Virus record (IMG/VR): IMGVR_UViG_3300045988_159436
DNA: 64,000 nt
Direction: 5' to 3' (one strand)
Source: a virus
Under the pieces are notes generated by a model, which was given only the letters and a program-made list of their open reading frames with translations, ran no database searches and was not told where the DNA came from. The translations under genes were made by a program, and so were the position numbers. Shown here one piece after another: positions 46,549 through 54,089 of the stretch (position 1 is the stretch's first letter; every line of letters starts with the position of its first letter).

Positions 46549-46932
46549 ATGAACCAAGAACTCACATTAGCAGTTAGCAGTAGTTTTGAAGCCGCTCATC
46601 ATTTAGTAAATCCAACAGCATTTAATGAAAAATGCCTTAAACTACATGGACATTCTTATAAGTATACTATCTTTTTAAAAGGAGAAGTACAAGATGGTGG
46701 TATGGTAGAAGATTTTGGAGCTATAAAGAGATATATTATAAATGAAATAACAAAGCTCTATGACCATTCAGATTTAAACAGATTTTTTTATAATCCTACC
46801 GCAGAAATGTTAGTTTTAGATATGGCATGGAGAGTAGAAGCCTTAATAGAGGATAATAGTTTAAAAGTTAAACTGACCAAAATAGAATTAGCCGAAACGG
46901 ATAATAATAGGGTAATATGGGAGTCACAGTAA
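46549..46932 (+). CDS. queD: 6-carboxy-5,6,7,8-tetrahydropterin synthase
   Basis: CLKLHGHSY motif (CxxxHGH), about 125 aa. Confidence 0.7.
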   Translation: MNQELTLAVSSSFEAAHHLVNPTAFNEKCLKLHGHSYKYTIFLKGEVQDGGMVEDFGAIKRYIINEITKLYDHSDLNRFFYNPTAEMLVLDMAWRVEALIEDNSLKVKLTKIELAETDNNRVIWESQ

Positions 46933-47589
46933 ATGTATATTACAGAGATTTTTAGTAGTATTCAAGGTGAGGGGAAGTATACAGGCTATCCTACTACCTT
47001 TGTTAGATTATTTGGTTGCAATTTATTTGAGATGTCTCCTAGCTATGCTTGTAAGTATTGTGATGAGAAACATTCAATGACAGGCAAACGAATAAAGATG
47101 CATTTAGGATTGGTAATGGATAAGATAGGGGCATTAGGAAATAAATATGTTTGTATTACAGGTGGAGAACCTTTAATGCAGGAAGAAACTATGCCTTTAG
47201 TTTATGAATTATTGTATAATGATTATATTGTTACAGTAGAAACAAATGGGACAATTCCTATAGAGCATTGTGAATATGTAAGAAGTTATTCATATTGTAT
47301 GGATGTTAAATTACCTAGTAGCAGAACAGTATTAGCACCAGATTTAAATTGTTATAAGAATTTAGGAGAGCTAAAAGTAAATGATGAAGTTAAGTTTGTT
47401 ATTTCTAATATCCATGATTATGAAGAAGCAAAACGGATTTTAAAGAAATATAAAACTAAAGCAAGCCTTATTTTTTCTCCTGTGAATTGTGATTTAGAAT
47501 TAGCAAGAGAAATAATGGGTTGGTTAATGAAAGATAAACTAAAAGCTAAATTAGGATTACAAATACATAAATTATTAGAAATTAAATAG
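46933..47589 (+). CDS. queE: 7-carboxy-7-deazaguanine synthase (radical SAM)
   Basis: IFSSIQGEGKYTGYPTTFVRLFGCNL N-terminus typical of QueE. Confidence 0.65.
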   Translation: MYITEIFSSIQGEGKYTGYPTTFVRLFGCNLFEMSPSYACKYCDEKHSMTGKRIKMHLGLVMDKIGALGNKYVCITGGEPLMQEETMPLVYELLYNDYIVTVETNGTIPIEHCEYVRSYSYCMDVKLPSSRTVLAPDLNCYKNLGELKVNDEVKFVISNIHDYEEAKRILKKYKTKASLIFSPVNCDLELAREIMGWLMKDKLKAKLGLQIHKLLEIK

Positions 47590-47599
47590 TAAAAATCTG

Positions 47600-47628
47600 T
47601 TGACAAATATGGATTTTTATGGTATAAT
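47600..47628 (+). promoter_or_regulatory. consensus promoter
   Basis: TTGACA-17-TGgTATAAT. Confidence 0.6.
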
Positions 47629-47639
47629 GGGAGTATAGT

Positions 47640-47918
47640 ATGAAGATAGAAAATGTTAGAATATATGGTTTGCCAGAGAGCTTAATAGCCTCTGGCTATC
47701 CTATGTTATCTACAGAATTAAATGAAGAGGAATTTTTAAAGGAAGTAGAAGCGACAGAAAAAATAATTAAAAATAAATCTGGTAGTAATAAACATATAGA
47801 AAGAGGTATTAGATTAGGCAATTCTCCTTTAGGTAGCGGACATAATTGTGCTTTAAAGGGAATTACAGTACAATTTGATTTAACTTTGCCTCAGTATACA
47901 TGGCAACAGTTACAAAGA
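47640..47918 (+). CDS. thyX: Thy1/ThyX-like (flavin-dependent thymidylate synthase family) exon 1 (3' boundary approximate)
   Basis: GNSPLGSGH..ITVQFDLTLPQYTWQQLQR aligns with ThyX HETPFEH..FTFHVKAPIFVARQWFR; the continuous ORF stops at 47972. Confidence 0.4.
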
Positions 47919-49206
47919 TATCACTATATTGATTTTATAAGCTCAATGGGCGTTTTAGGCAGTAATGCCTAAAATTATCAGACGGAGAACCTGTAAATGC
48001 AGGGTGTCAGAAATGGCTAACGGTTCAGAACTAGAGATAGTTTATGAGTAAGGGAAGCTAAACCTTTCGAGGCAAGCTAATACCGTGCTGTATAAATTTG
48101 AAAAGGAAATTATTATGGAAAAAATTGAAGATATGATTATTTTAGAGTATTTACCACTTCAAAAAGTAAGAGTGAGATGCTCTATTTGTGGAAAAGAAAG
48201 AATAGTATCTTTAAGAAATTTAAGGAGAAAAGGCAATAGACATACTATAAATACTTGTAAAGAATCTTTTGTTAATTTACTAATAGGAAAAGAGCTAGGC
48301 GATTATGTTGTTTCTGGTTCTGCTCCTAAAAATAAAATAGAATTAAGCTGTAAGATATGTGGGCATAAAACGTCTTGTTATGAAAGTGGGCTAACCCCAA
48401 GATTCCATAATGGTAGCACTTGTAAAGAAGATTTTGCTAAAAGTTTTCTAGGAAAATCTACAGATGCTTTTAAGATAGTTGATTATTTTAAAAAGGGACA
48501 ACAGTATCAATTAGTGTTAGAATGTTTATCCTGTGCAACACGAAGGAATATACCTATTAATAAAATAGATACATATTCTTTTTCTCATAAAGATTGTTTT
48601 TATTTTCTTCCTAATGATAACATAAAGAAAACTATAAGTTATCGTTGGGAGGGGATAAATCAACGTGTTTTTAATCCTAACAATAATAACTATACGTATT
48701 ATGGAGCAAGAGGTGTGCAGAATAAATTCAAAGATAAAGTTGATTTCTATTATCATTTTTATCCCGAATTATCTAAAAATTCTTCTCTAACTATAGATAG
48801 AATAGATGTTAATGGGGATTATAGCAAAGAAAATACAAGACTAATTACAATAAAAGAACAGCAGTCTAATAAAAGAGAAACTCATTATTTTATAGCACAA
48901 GCTGGTGATAAATGCTATGTTTCTAATAACACTATGGAATTTGGAAAAAGATTTGGCATAAATGGTAGAAGCATAGGAAATTGTTTGAGAGGACAATCTA
49001 AAACTGCTGGTGGCTTTAAATTCAAAGAAATTACAAAAGAGCAATTTGAGAATTTATGTAGTGTAACGACTAAAGGGATAATTGTTATCCAAGAGGTTGT
49101 AGGTGAAATTCCTACGCTGTAGCACCGTCCCCCTGAAAAGGGTGAAGAGATAGTCTATTCCCTTCAAATACGCCGAAAGGCGGGGTATAAAGCAATGTCA
49201 AAAATG
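47919..49206 (+). mobile_element. group I intron with HNH homing endonuclease ORF (boundaries approximate)
   Basis: R-like GUUCAGAACUAGAG 48023-48036, S-like GAGAUAGUCUAUUCC about 49147-49160, omega-G 49206; shares uaauaccgugc with polA intron 2; the junction ..LQR|HRIT.. recreates the ThyX RHR motif. Confidence 0.45.
48115..49122 (+). CDS. HNH homing endonuclease (intron-encoded)
   Basis: YRWEGINQRVFNPNNNNYTYYGARGV...IDRIDVNGDYSKENTRLIT matches the phage HNH_3 pattern (W..M..RC.NP....Y..YGGRGI / DRIDNNGNYEPGNCRW); ATG after aaggaaa. Confidence 0.6.
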   Translation: MEKIEDMIILEYLPLQKVRVRCSICGKERIVSLRNLRRKGNRHTINTCKESFVNLLIGKELGDYVVSGSAPKNKIELSCKICGHKTSCYESGLTPRFHNGSTCKEDFAKSFLGKSTDAFKIVDYFKKGQQYQLVLECLSCATRRNIPINKIDTYSFSHKDCFYFLPNDNIKKTISYRWEGINQRVFNPNNNNYTYYGARGVQNKFKDKVDFYYHFYPELSKNSSLTIDRIDVNGDYSKENTRLITIKEQQSNKRETHYFIAQAGDKCYVSNNTMEFGKRFGINGRSIGNCLRGQSKTAGGFKFKEITKEQFENLCSVTTKGIIVIQEVVGEIPTL

Positions 49207-49500
49207 CATCGTATTACAATGCTTGATTTAGATAAACATTGTCCTTTAGTGGATAATGAATTATTAAAAATTTCACAAAGATATGTAAATGCTTATAAAA
49301 AAGGTGAGATTGGCATAGATGCTTGTTTATCTAATATTCCTATGGGATTACAGATGACAGCACGAATGACTACAAACTATTTACAACTATTATCTATTTA
49401 TCATCAGAGAAATACCCATCGTTCAGATGAATGGAAAGAATTTTGTTCTTGGGTAAAAACACTGCCTATGTTTAAAGAGTTGTGTTTAAAAGGAGAATAA
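49207..49500 (+). CDS. thyX: Thy1/ThyX-like exon 2
   Basis: HRIT..NELLKISQRY (RHR..S..RY motif region) and ACLSNIPMGLQMTARMTTNYLQLL...DEWK resemble the ThyX C-terminal half. Confidence 0.4.
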   Translation, partial: HRITMLDLDKHCPLVDNELLKISQRYVNAYKKGEIGIDACLSNIPMGLQMTARMTTNYLQLLSIYHQRNTHRSDEWKEFCSWVKTLPMFKELCLKGE

Positions 49501-49504
49501 ATGT

Positions 49505-49924
49505 ATGGATTTAAACTCTGTTAATATAACAGCTACACAAGTAGCTAAAAATTATTTTTCAGCTTATGTTGAAAATGGCTTTATTTATTCTTATAGTGTA
49601 TATGGTGAAAGACAACAAGTTGGTGTTACAAATGATGCTTATACTGCTTTACAGAAGACAGCGCAAGAAGCTTTAGATAAAGCTGAAAAGTATTATCAAC
49701 GATTAGTAGAGTTAGGAGATATAGTACCTCCTAAAACATCAGAAGAAACTATTGCAGAATTGATGTCTGTAGTTAGTGAATTACGTAATGAGATAAGAGA
49801 AATGAAGACAGTTCAACATAAGGGGGATTCAAATGAATCTATTAAGTATACTGAAAGCTCTGGGAATAAAAATTTCCCCACAAATAGAGGAAGCTATAGC
49901 AAAGGCACAGCAACTGGCAAATAA
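49505..49924 (+). CDS. hypothetical protein
   Basis: ORF; its 3' end overlaps the next ORF. Confidence 0.35.
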   Translation: MDLNSVNITATQVAKNYFSAYVENGFIYSYSVYGERQQVGVTNDAYTALQKTAQEALDKAEKYYQRLVELGDIVPPKTSEETIAELMSVVSELRNEIREMKTVQHKGDSNESIKYTESSGNKNFPTNRGSYSKGTATGK

Positions 49925-50183
49925 CTATGGCAATTCTAAAGAGGGCTTTATAAAAGCAGTTAATGAAAATGGTGGAACAGAATCTTTAACAAAAGCCTTA
50001 GCAACATTAGATAATCCAAATGTTGCTAGAGTTTTAACAGCGTTAGGGCACCCGCCAGAGTCTATAAAACAAGCAGTTAATAGTCTTGGAGCAATAGCTC
50101 CTACGCCACGACAAACTCCTAATAATCAAAATATTTCTAATGAGATTAGGTCTTTTGAAGAAAGGCTTAAAAGATTAAAGTAG
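49833..50183 (+). CDS. hypothetical protein
   Basis: ATG after aagggggatt. Confidence 0.4.
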   Translation: MNLLSILKALGIKISPQIEEAIAKAQQLANNYGNSKEGFIKAVNENGGTESLTKALATLDNPNVARVLTALGHPPESIKQAVNSLGAIAPTPRQTPNNQNISNEIRSFEERLKRLK

Positions 50184-50220
50184 TAATGCTTTAGTTATAT
50201 ATTTTAAGGAGTGATTTTAA

Positions 50221-50718
50221 GTGGATGAAAAAATGAATTGGGGCTTTATCATTCTTATCTTCTTGTTCTTTATGATTTTTGGAGGATGGGGTAATGGTGG
50301 TCTGTTTGGTGGCAGAGGTGGAGAATGCGCTGGTTGTGGTGTAGTTTCTAATTGTCAAGTAGAAAAACAGCAAATCATTGATACAGCTAGAACTCAATAC
50401 ATGATTGAAAACACTGCAAAACAAACTCAAGAACAGGCAATGGCTTTAGCTAATGCTCTTGGAACTAAAATTGATTTCTATGAATATCAAAATCTGCGTG
50501 ACCAACTGGCACAAGAAAGAACTAAAAATGTGGTTCTGGAAAATCGTGTCTATAGTGATGCTAAATTTAATGCACTGGAAAGACAGAACGAAGCTATGTT
50601 TGGCGTATTAAAATCTGAAATTGCAGACTTGTCTTGCAATGTTCCGAAACGTCCTCCATACTATGCACAAGGTTTTGTAACTTGTGGTTCTCCAATTCCT
50701 AATGGATGTTGCAACTAA
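50221..50718 (+). CDS. membrane-anchored Gly/Cys-rich coiled-coil protein with atypical codon usage
   Basis: GTG 10 nt after aaggag; N-terminal TM; CTG/CGT-rich codons unlike the rest of the window. Confidence 0.4.
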   Translation: MDEKMNWGFIILIFLFFMIFGGWGNGGLFGGRGGECAGCGVVSNCQVEKQQIIDTARTQYMIENTAKQTQEQAMALANALGTKIDFYEYQNLRDQLAQERTKNVVLENRVYSDAKFNALERQNEAMFGVLKSEIADLSCNVPKRPPYYAQGFVTCGSPIPNGCCN

Positions 50719-50748
50719 TCTTTTGAAGTTCCGCTTATTTGCGTGATT

Positions 50749-50781
50749 GAGGGGTAGGCGGTATGCCTACCTCTCTTTTTA
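50749..50781 (+). terminator. rho-independent terminator
   Basis: gaggggtaggc-ggtat-gcctacctctc then T5. Confidence 0.6.
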
Positions 50782-50800
50782 TATTAAGGAGCGATTATTA

Positions 50801-51181
50801 ATGAATTGTAATTGTACAAATATTTTAGCCTCTACTTCTATTACATCAGAAGCTAATGATATTGATATCGTGGTTCCAAGCAGAACTATTTATAATGGTC
50901 AATGTGAGAAGTTATTAATACAACAGGCAATTCCTGTAAGTACAAATGGAAATGCAGTTCCTGTAAAATTAACTATTGGCGATGCTTCTGTTTTATTATT
51001 AGACCGTTGTGGAAACGCTGTTTTTTCTGACCAATTAAAATCAAGAAAAATCTATGATATCAGATTTCACACAACAGCTTTAACAGCTACTATTCTGTGT
51101 TCTATTCCAAACTGTACTAGCGGAGTAAATACTGTATTTAATCCTGCAACACCTCCTTCTGAGCCTGTTCCAAGTAATTAA
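50801..51181 (+). CDS. Cys-rich hypothetical protein
   Basis: ATG after ttaaggagcg (the track start 50747 overlaps the terminator). Confidence 0.4.
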   Translation: MNCNCTNILASTSITSEANDIDIVVPSRTIYNGQCEKLLIQQAIPVSTNGNAVPVKLTIGDASVLLLDRCGNAVFSDQLKSRKIYDIRFHTTALTATILCSIPNCTSGVNTVFNPATPPSEPVPSN

Positions 51182-51199
51182 TAGACAGGAGGATTAGCT

Positions 51200-51430
51200 A
51201 TGAAACTAGATTTAGTGTCCTTAATGTTAGGTTTTGGTGTTGGTTATCTAGCATTGACAGAATCAGGTAGAAAACAGTTAATAAAAGTAAGCAATCAAGG
51301 TGGGGAATTAGTAAATAAGCTTACAGATAAGTATATAGGCGAGCCTATCAGTAAAGCATTAGGGGGAATAGAAAGTGTCACACATGAAGAAGTCGTTAAT
51401 GCATCTGACGAAGAAGCAAAACTGGATTGA
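51200..51430 (+). CDS. hypothetical protein (N-terminal TM)
   Basis: RBS caggagg. Confidence 0.4.
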   Translation: MKLDLVSLMLGFGVGYLALTESGRKQLIKVSNQGGELVNKLTDKYIGEPISKALGGIESVTHEEVVNASDEEAKLD

Positions 51431-51830
51431 TGATTTAGTTGAAATATTAAAATGTAGATTAAAATATCCTACAACAGATTTAAAAGAAGTTTATGAAGAT
51501 ATAGAAGAAGACATTTATTTATGTGTTAATGGCGAGCATTTTGATGAGGACTTAGCGAAACAAGCCGTTAGTGAGATGATAAATGCAGGTGGTACAACTG
51601 GCGAGAAATGGAGCAAGGAGCGTACTGATGAGGCTGCTAGGATTGTCGGCATCACTGAAAACCTCTGGGATTTTTACTATGTTATTAATATGTACTACAG
51701 CGATTACAACACAGTTATCGGTGAAGATATTACAATGGCGGCGAAACTCTCTAAAGCGTTCATTGAGGATGTAGATGTTCCAGAAGGAAAGGCTTATAGA
51801 TACTACAAATATGTAGTTAAAGATGAATAA
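51375..51830 (+). CDS. hypothetical protein (true start possibly ATG 51399)
   Basis: ORF. Confidence 0.35.
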   Translation: MSHMKKSLMHLTKKQNWIDDLVEILKCRLKYPTTDLKEVYEDIEEDIYLCVNGEHFDEDLAKQAVSEMINAGGTTGEKWSKERTDEAARIVGITENLWDFYYVINMYYSDYNTVIGEDITMAAKLSKAFIEDVDVPEGKAYRYYKYVVKDE

Positions 51831-52041
51831 TAACAGAAATAATAATAGTCTTCTGGATACTTTAGGAGCTTTGGGTGATTTATTAGGCATATTAAACTAC
51901 ATAGAAAATTTACAACAAACTAAAAATGATGTTATAATGAAAGAACTAAGAAAGCAGGATAGTGTATATTTTAAGCAAATATTAGAGAATCAAGCAAGAA
52001 TTGAAGAAAAGTTAGATAAGTTACTTGACAAGCAAGAGTAG
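51823..52041 (+). CDS. hypothetical protein
   Basis: ORF. Confidence 0.35.
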   Translation: MNNNRNNNSLLDTLGALGDLLGILNYIENLQQTKNDVIMKELRKQDSVYFKQILENQARIEEKLDKLLDKQE

Positions 52042-52053
52042 TTATGATATAAT
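52025..52053 (+). promoter_or_regulatory. consensus promoter followed by hairpin/T-run (52054-52088)
   Basis: TTGACA-17-TATAAT; then tagaggtgtagtc..ggctacgcctcta tttta. Confidence 0.5.
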
Positions 52054-52103
52054 AGAGGTGTAGTCAAGGCTACGCCTCTATTTTAATTATAAGGAAGATT
52101 AAA

Positions 52104-52367
52104 ATGCAGAAATTTAAATTGAGAAGTAACGACCTAGATACTTTATATAGTATCTTTAAACATAGTTCATTAACTCCCTTAGATATAAAGCAGTTAAGAC
52201 AAAATAAATTTTTCTATACTTATACGCCACGAAGAGCAATGGAAAGAAATGAAAGAGTTTTTGTTAGAGTGGCAGATACTTTTGACTGTCCAATATTGTT
52301 TAATATGGCAGGTAGAAACTTTCTATATTTTTTTAAGGAAGTTAATGATAGGGATGAGTGGGAATGA
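52104..52367 (+). CDS. small protein, WE-terminal family
   Basis: ends ..RDEWE; RBS aaggaag. Confidence 0.4.
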   Translation: MQKFKLRSNDLDTLYSIFKHSSLTPLDIKQLRQNKFFYTYTPRRAMERNERVFVRVADTFDCPILFNMAGRNFLYFFKEVNDRDEWE

Positions 52368-52423
52368 TAAAAAATAAAATTAGCAAAGAATTTAAGGAAT
52401 TTTATGGATGGGAGTAATAAAAC

Positions 52424-52912
52424 ATGAAAATTATAGCAGTAGATTTTGATGGAACATTATGTGAAAATAAGTATCCAGAAATAGGTGAGCCTGTTACTGG
52501 GTATTATCGAGGGTGGAAAGGTGATAAATATTTTTCTTGTCGTTTTAATTTTATTAAGCTTTTAATAGCTTTGCAAGAAATGGGAAATAAAATAATTCTT
52601 TTTACTTGCAGAGGTGGTGAACAATTAGAAGAAGCTGTAAGTTGGTGCAATAACCTATTTGGATTAAAATTTGATGCAGTTAATAATGATGTAGAAGAAA
52701 CTTTACAAAGGTATGCTCCGACTCTTGAATTAAGAAATCAATTATCTGCTACAAGAAAGATTTATGCAGATGTTTATATAGATGACAGAAATTTAAATGC
52801 AGATGAATATTTAGAGAAGAATTTAATTTTATTAGATGCAAAATCTTTATATGATATGGGGATAACAGAAAATGCTACAGAATTTTTAATTGAAAGGGTG
52901 TTGAATAAATGA
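52424..52912 (+). CDS. HAD-superfamily phosphatase/nucleotidase-like
   Basis: IIAVDFDGTL (HAD motif I DxDGT). Confidence 0.45.
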   Translation: MKIIAVDFDGTLCENKYPEIGEPVTGYYRGWKGDKYFSCRFNFIKLLIALQEMGNKIILFTCRGGEQLEEAVSWCNNLFGLKFDAVNNDVEETLQRYAPTLELRNQLSATRKIYADVYIDDRNLNADEYLEKNLILLDAKSLYDMGITENATEFLIERVLNK

Positions 52913-53271
52913 GAAAAATAGTTGTGGCTGGTACAAGAGAATTTAATGATTATAGATTATTATGTGATGTTTTAGATTTTCATATAAATGGTGAACAAGT
53001 AATTATAATTAGTGGTAATGCTAAAGGAGCAGATTCAATGGGAGAGGTTTATGCTTCTTCTCATAATTTGAAATGTGTAAAATTTCCCCCTGATTATGAA
53101 ACTTATCCCTCTAAAGTAGCTCCATTAAAAAGGAACGAGGAAATGGCAAAGGAAGCTACAGAAGGAATTATATTTTGGGATGGTGTTTCAAGAGGTACTT
53201 GGAATATGATTCAGCAATTAAGAAAATATAAGAAAAAAGTAACTATTATTAACTATAGGAAGTTGGCATAA
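52909..53271 (+). CDS. SLOG/DUF2493 (YpsA-like) domain protein
   Basis: IVVAGTREFNDY...IISGNAKGAD pattern. Confidence 0.4.
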   Translation: MRKIVVAGTREFNDYRLLCDVLDFHINGEQVIIISGNAKGADSMGEVYASSHNLKCVKFPPDYETYPSKVAPLKRNEEMAKEATEGIIFWDGVSRGTWNMIQQLRKYKKKVTIINYRKLA

Positions 53272-53272
53272 A

Positions 53273-53881
53273 ATGGATAATTGCGAATTTTATTTATTAT
53301 ATAGCGGTGGGTATGATAGCACTGTGTTGCTTTATGATTTTATTGATAAATTACCTAATAAATTGACGGTAATACATATTGTTACTCAGTATAATCAAGA
53401 AGAAACAAAAGCGGCAAGAAAAATAATTGAATTAGTAAAAGATAAAATTCTTAACTATATTGAATTAGAAATGCCTGTTTACAAAACAGAAATAGAATAC
53501 ATTCCTTATAGAAATGCTCAATTTATATTAAGAGCACTTTCAACCTTGACAATTAAAGCAAGATGTGCTATAATATTATTAGGGTTGATAAAGGTAGAGG
53601 AACCTTTCCCTGATTGCACACAATATTGGTTAAAAACAATGGAGAAATTAGTTCAAGTAGAAAATCCTCATATTGGATTAGAGGCACCTTATATCAATAA
53701 TACTAAAGATGAAATTTATACCGTAGGATGCAAGTTTAAGGTTCCTTTAAGAAATACTTTTAGTTGTAACTTTCCTGTAGATGGTGCAGAATGCGGGGAA
53801 TGTGGAAACTGTAAATGGAAAGCAAAACATAAATATCCTAATTATTTTAGAGTTATAGAAGGAGGTAAAAACAATGTTTAA
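53273..53881 (+). CDS. queC: 7-cyano-7-deazaguanine synthase
   Basis: PP-loop LYSGGYDS; C-terminal Cys cluster CNFPVDGAECGECGNC. Confidence 0.65.
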   Translation: MDNCEFYLLYSGGYDSTVLLYDFIDKLPNKLTVIHIVTQYNQEETKAARKIIELVKDKILNYIELEMPVYKTEIEYIPYRNAQFILRALSTLTIKARCAIILLGLIKVEEPFPDCTQYWLKTMEKLVQVENPHIGLEAPYINNTKDEIYTVGCKFKVPLRNTFSCNFPVDGAECGECGNCKWKAKHKYPNYFRVIEGGKNNV

Positions 53882-54074
53882 AATTATTAATGGTAAGGGA
53901 ACAGGTTCTAACACGCAAAAGAGTGCAGTGAATACCTCCCCACAAGTAAAGATTACTAGCCCAGCAACAAGAAGAAGTTTATCTTGGCTTAGAAGGGTGC
54001 AAACAAGTTTAACTCCAAGAACAAAAAAAGCTTTGGATTGGTTAGAAGCCAATAGTGTTAGATTACCTAAATAA
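53874..54074 (+). CDS. hypothetical basic protein
   Basis: ORF. Confidence 0.3.
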   Translation: MFKIINGKGTGSNTQKSAVNTSPQVKITSPATRRSLSWLRRVQTSLTPRTKKALDWLEANSVRLPK

Positions 54075-54089
54075 TAGGAGAATTAGTTA

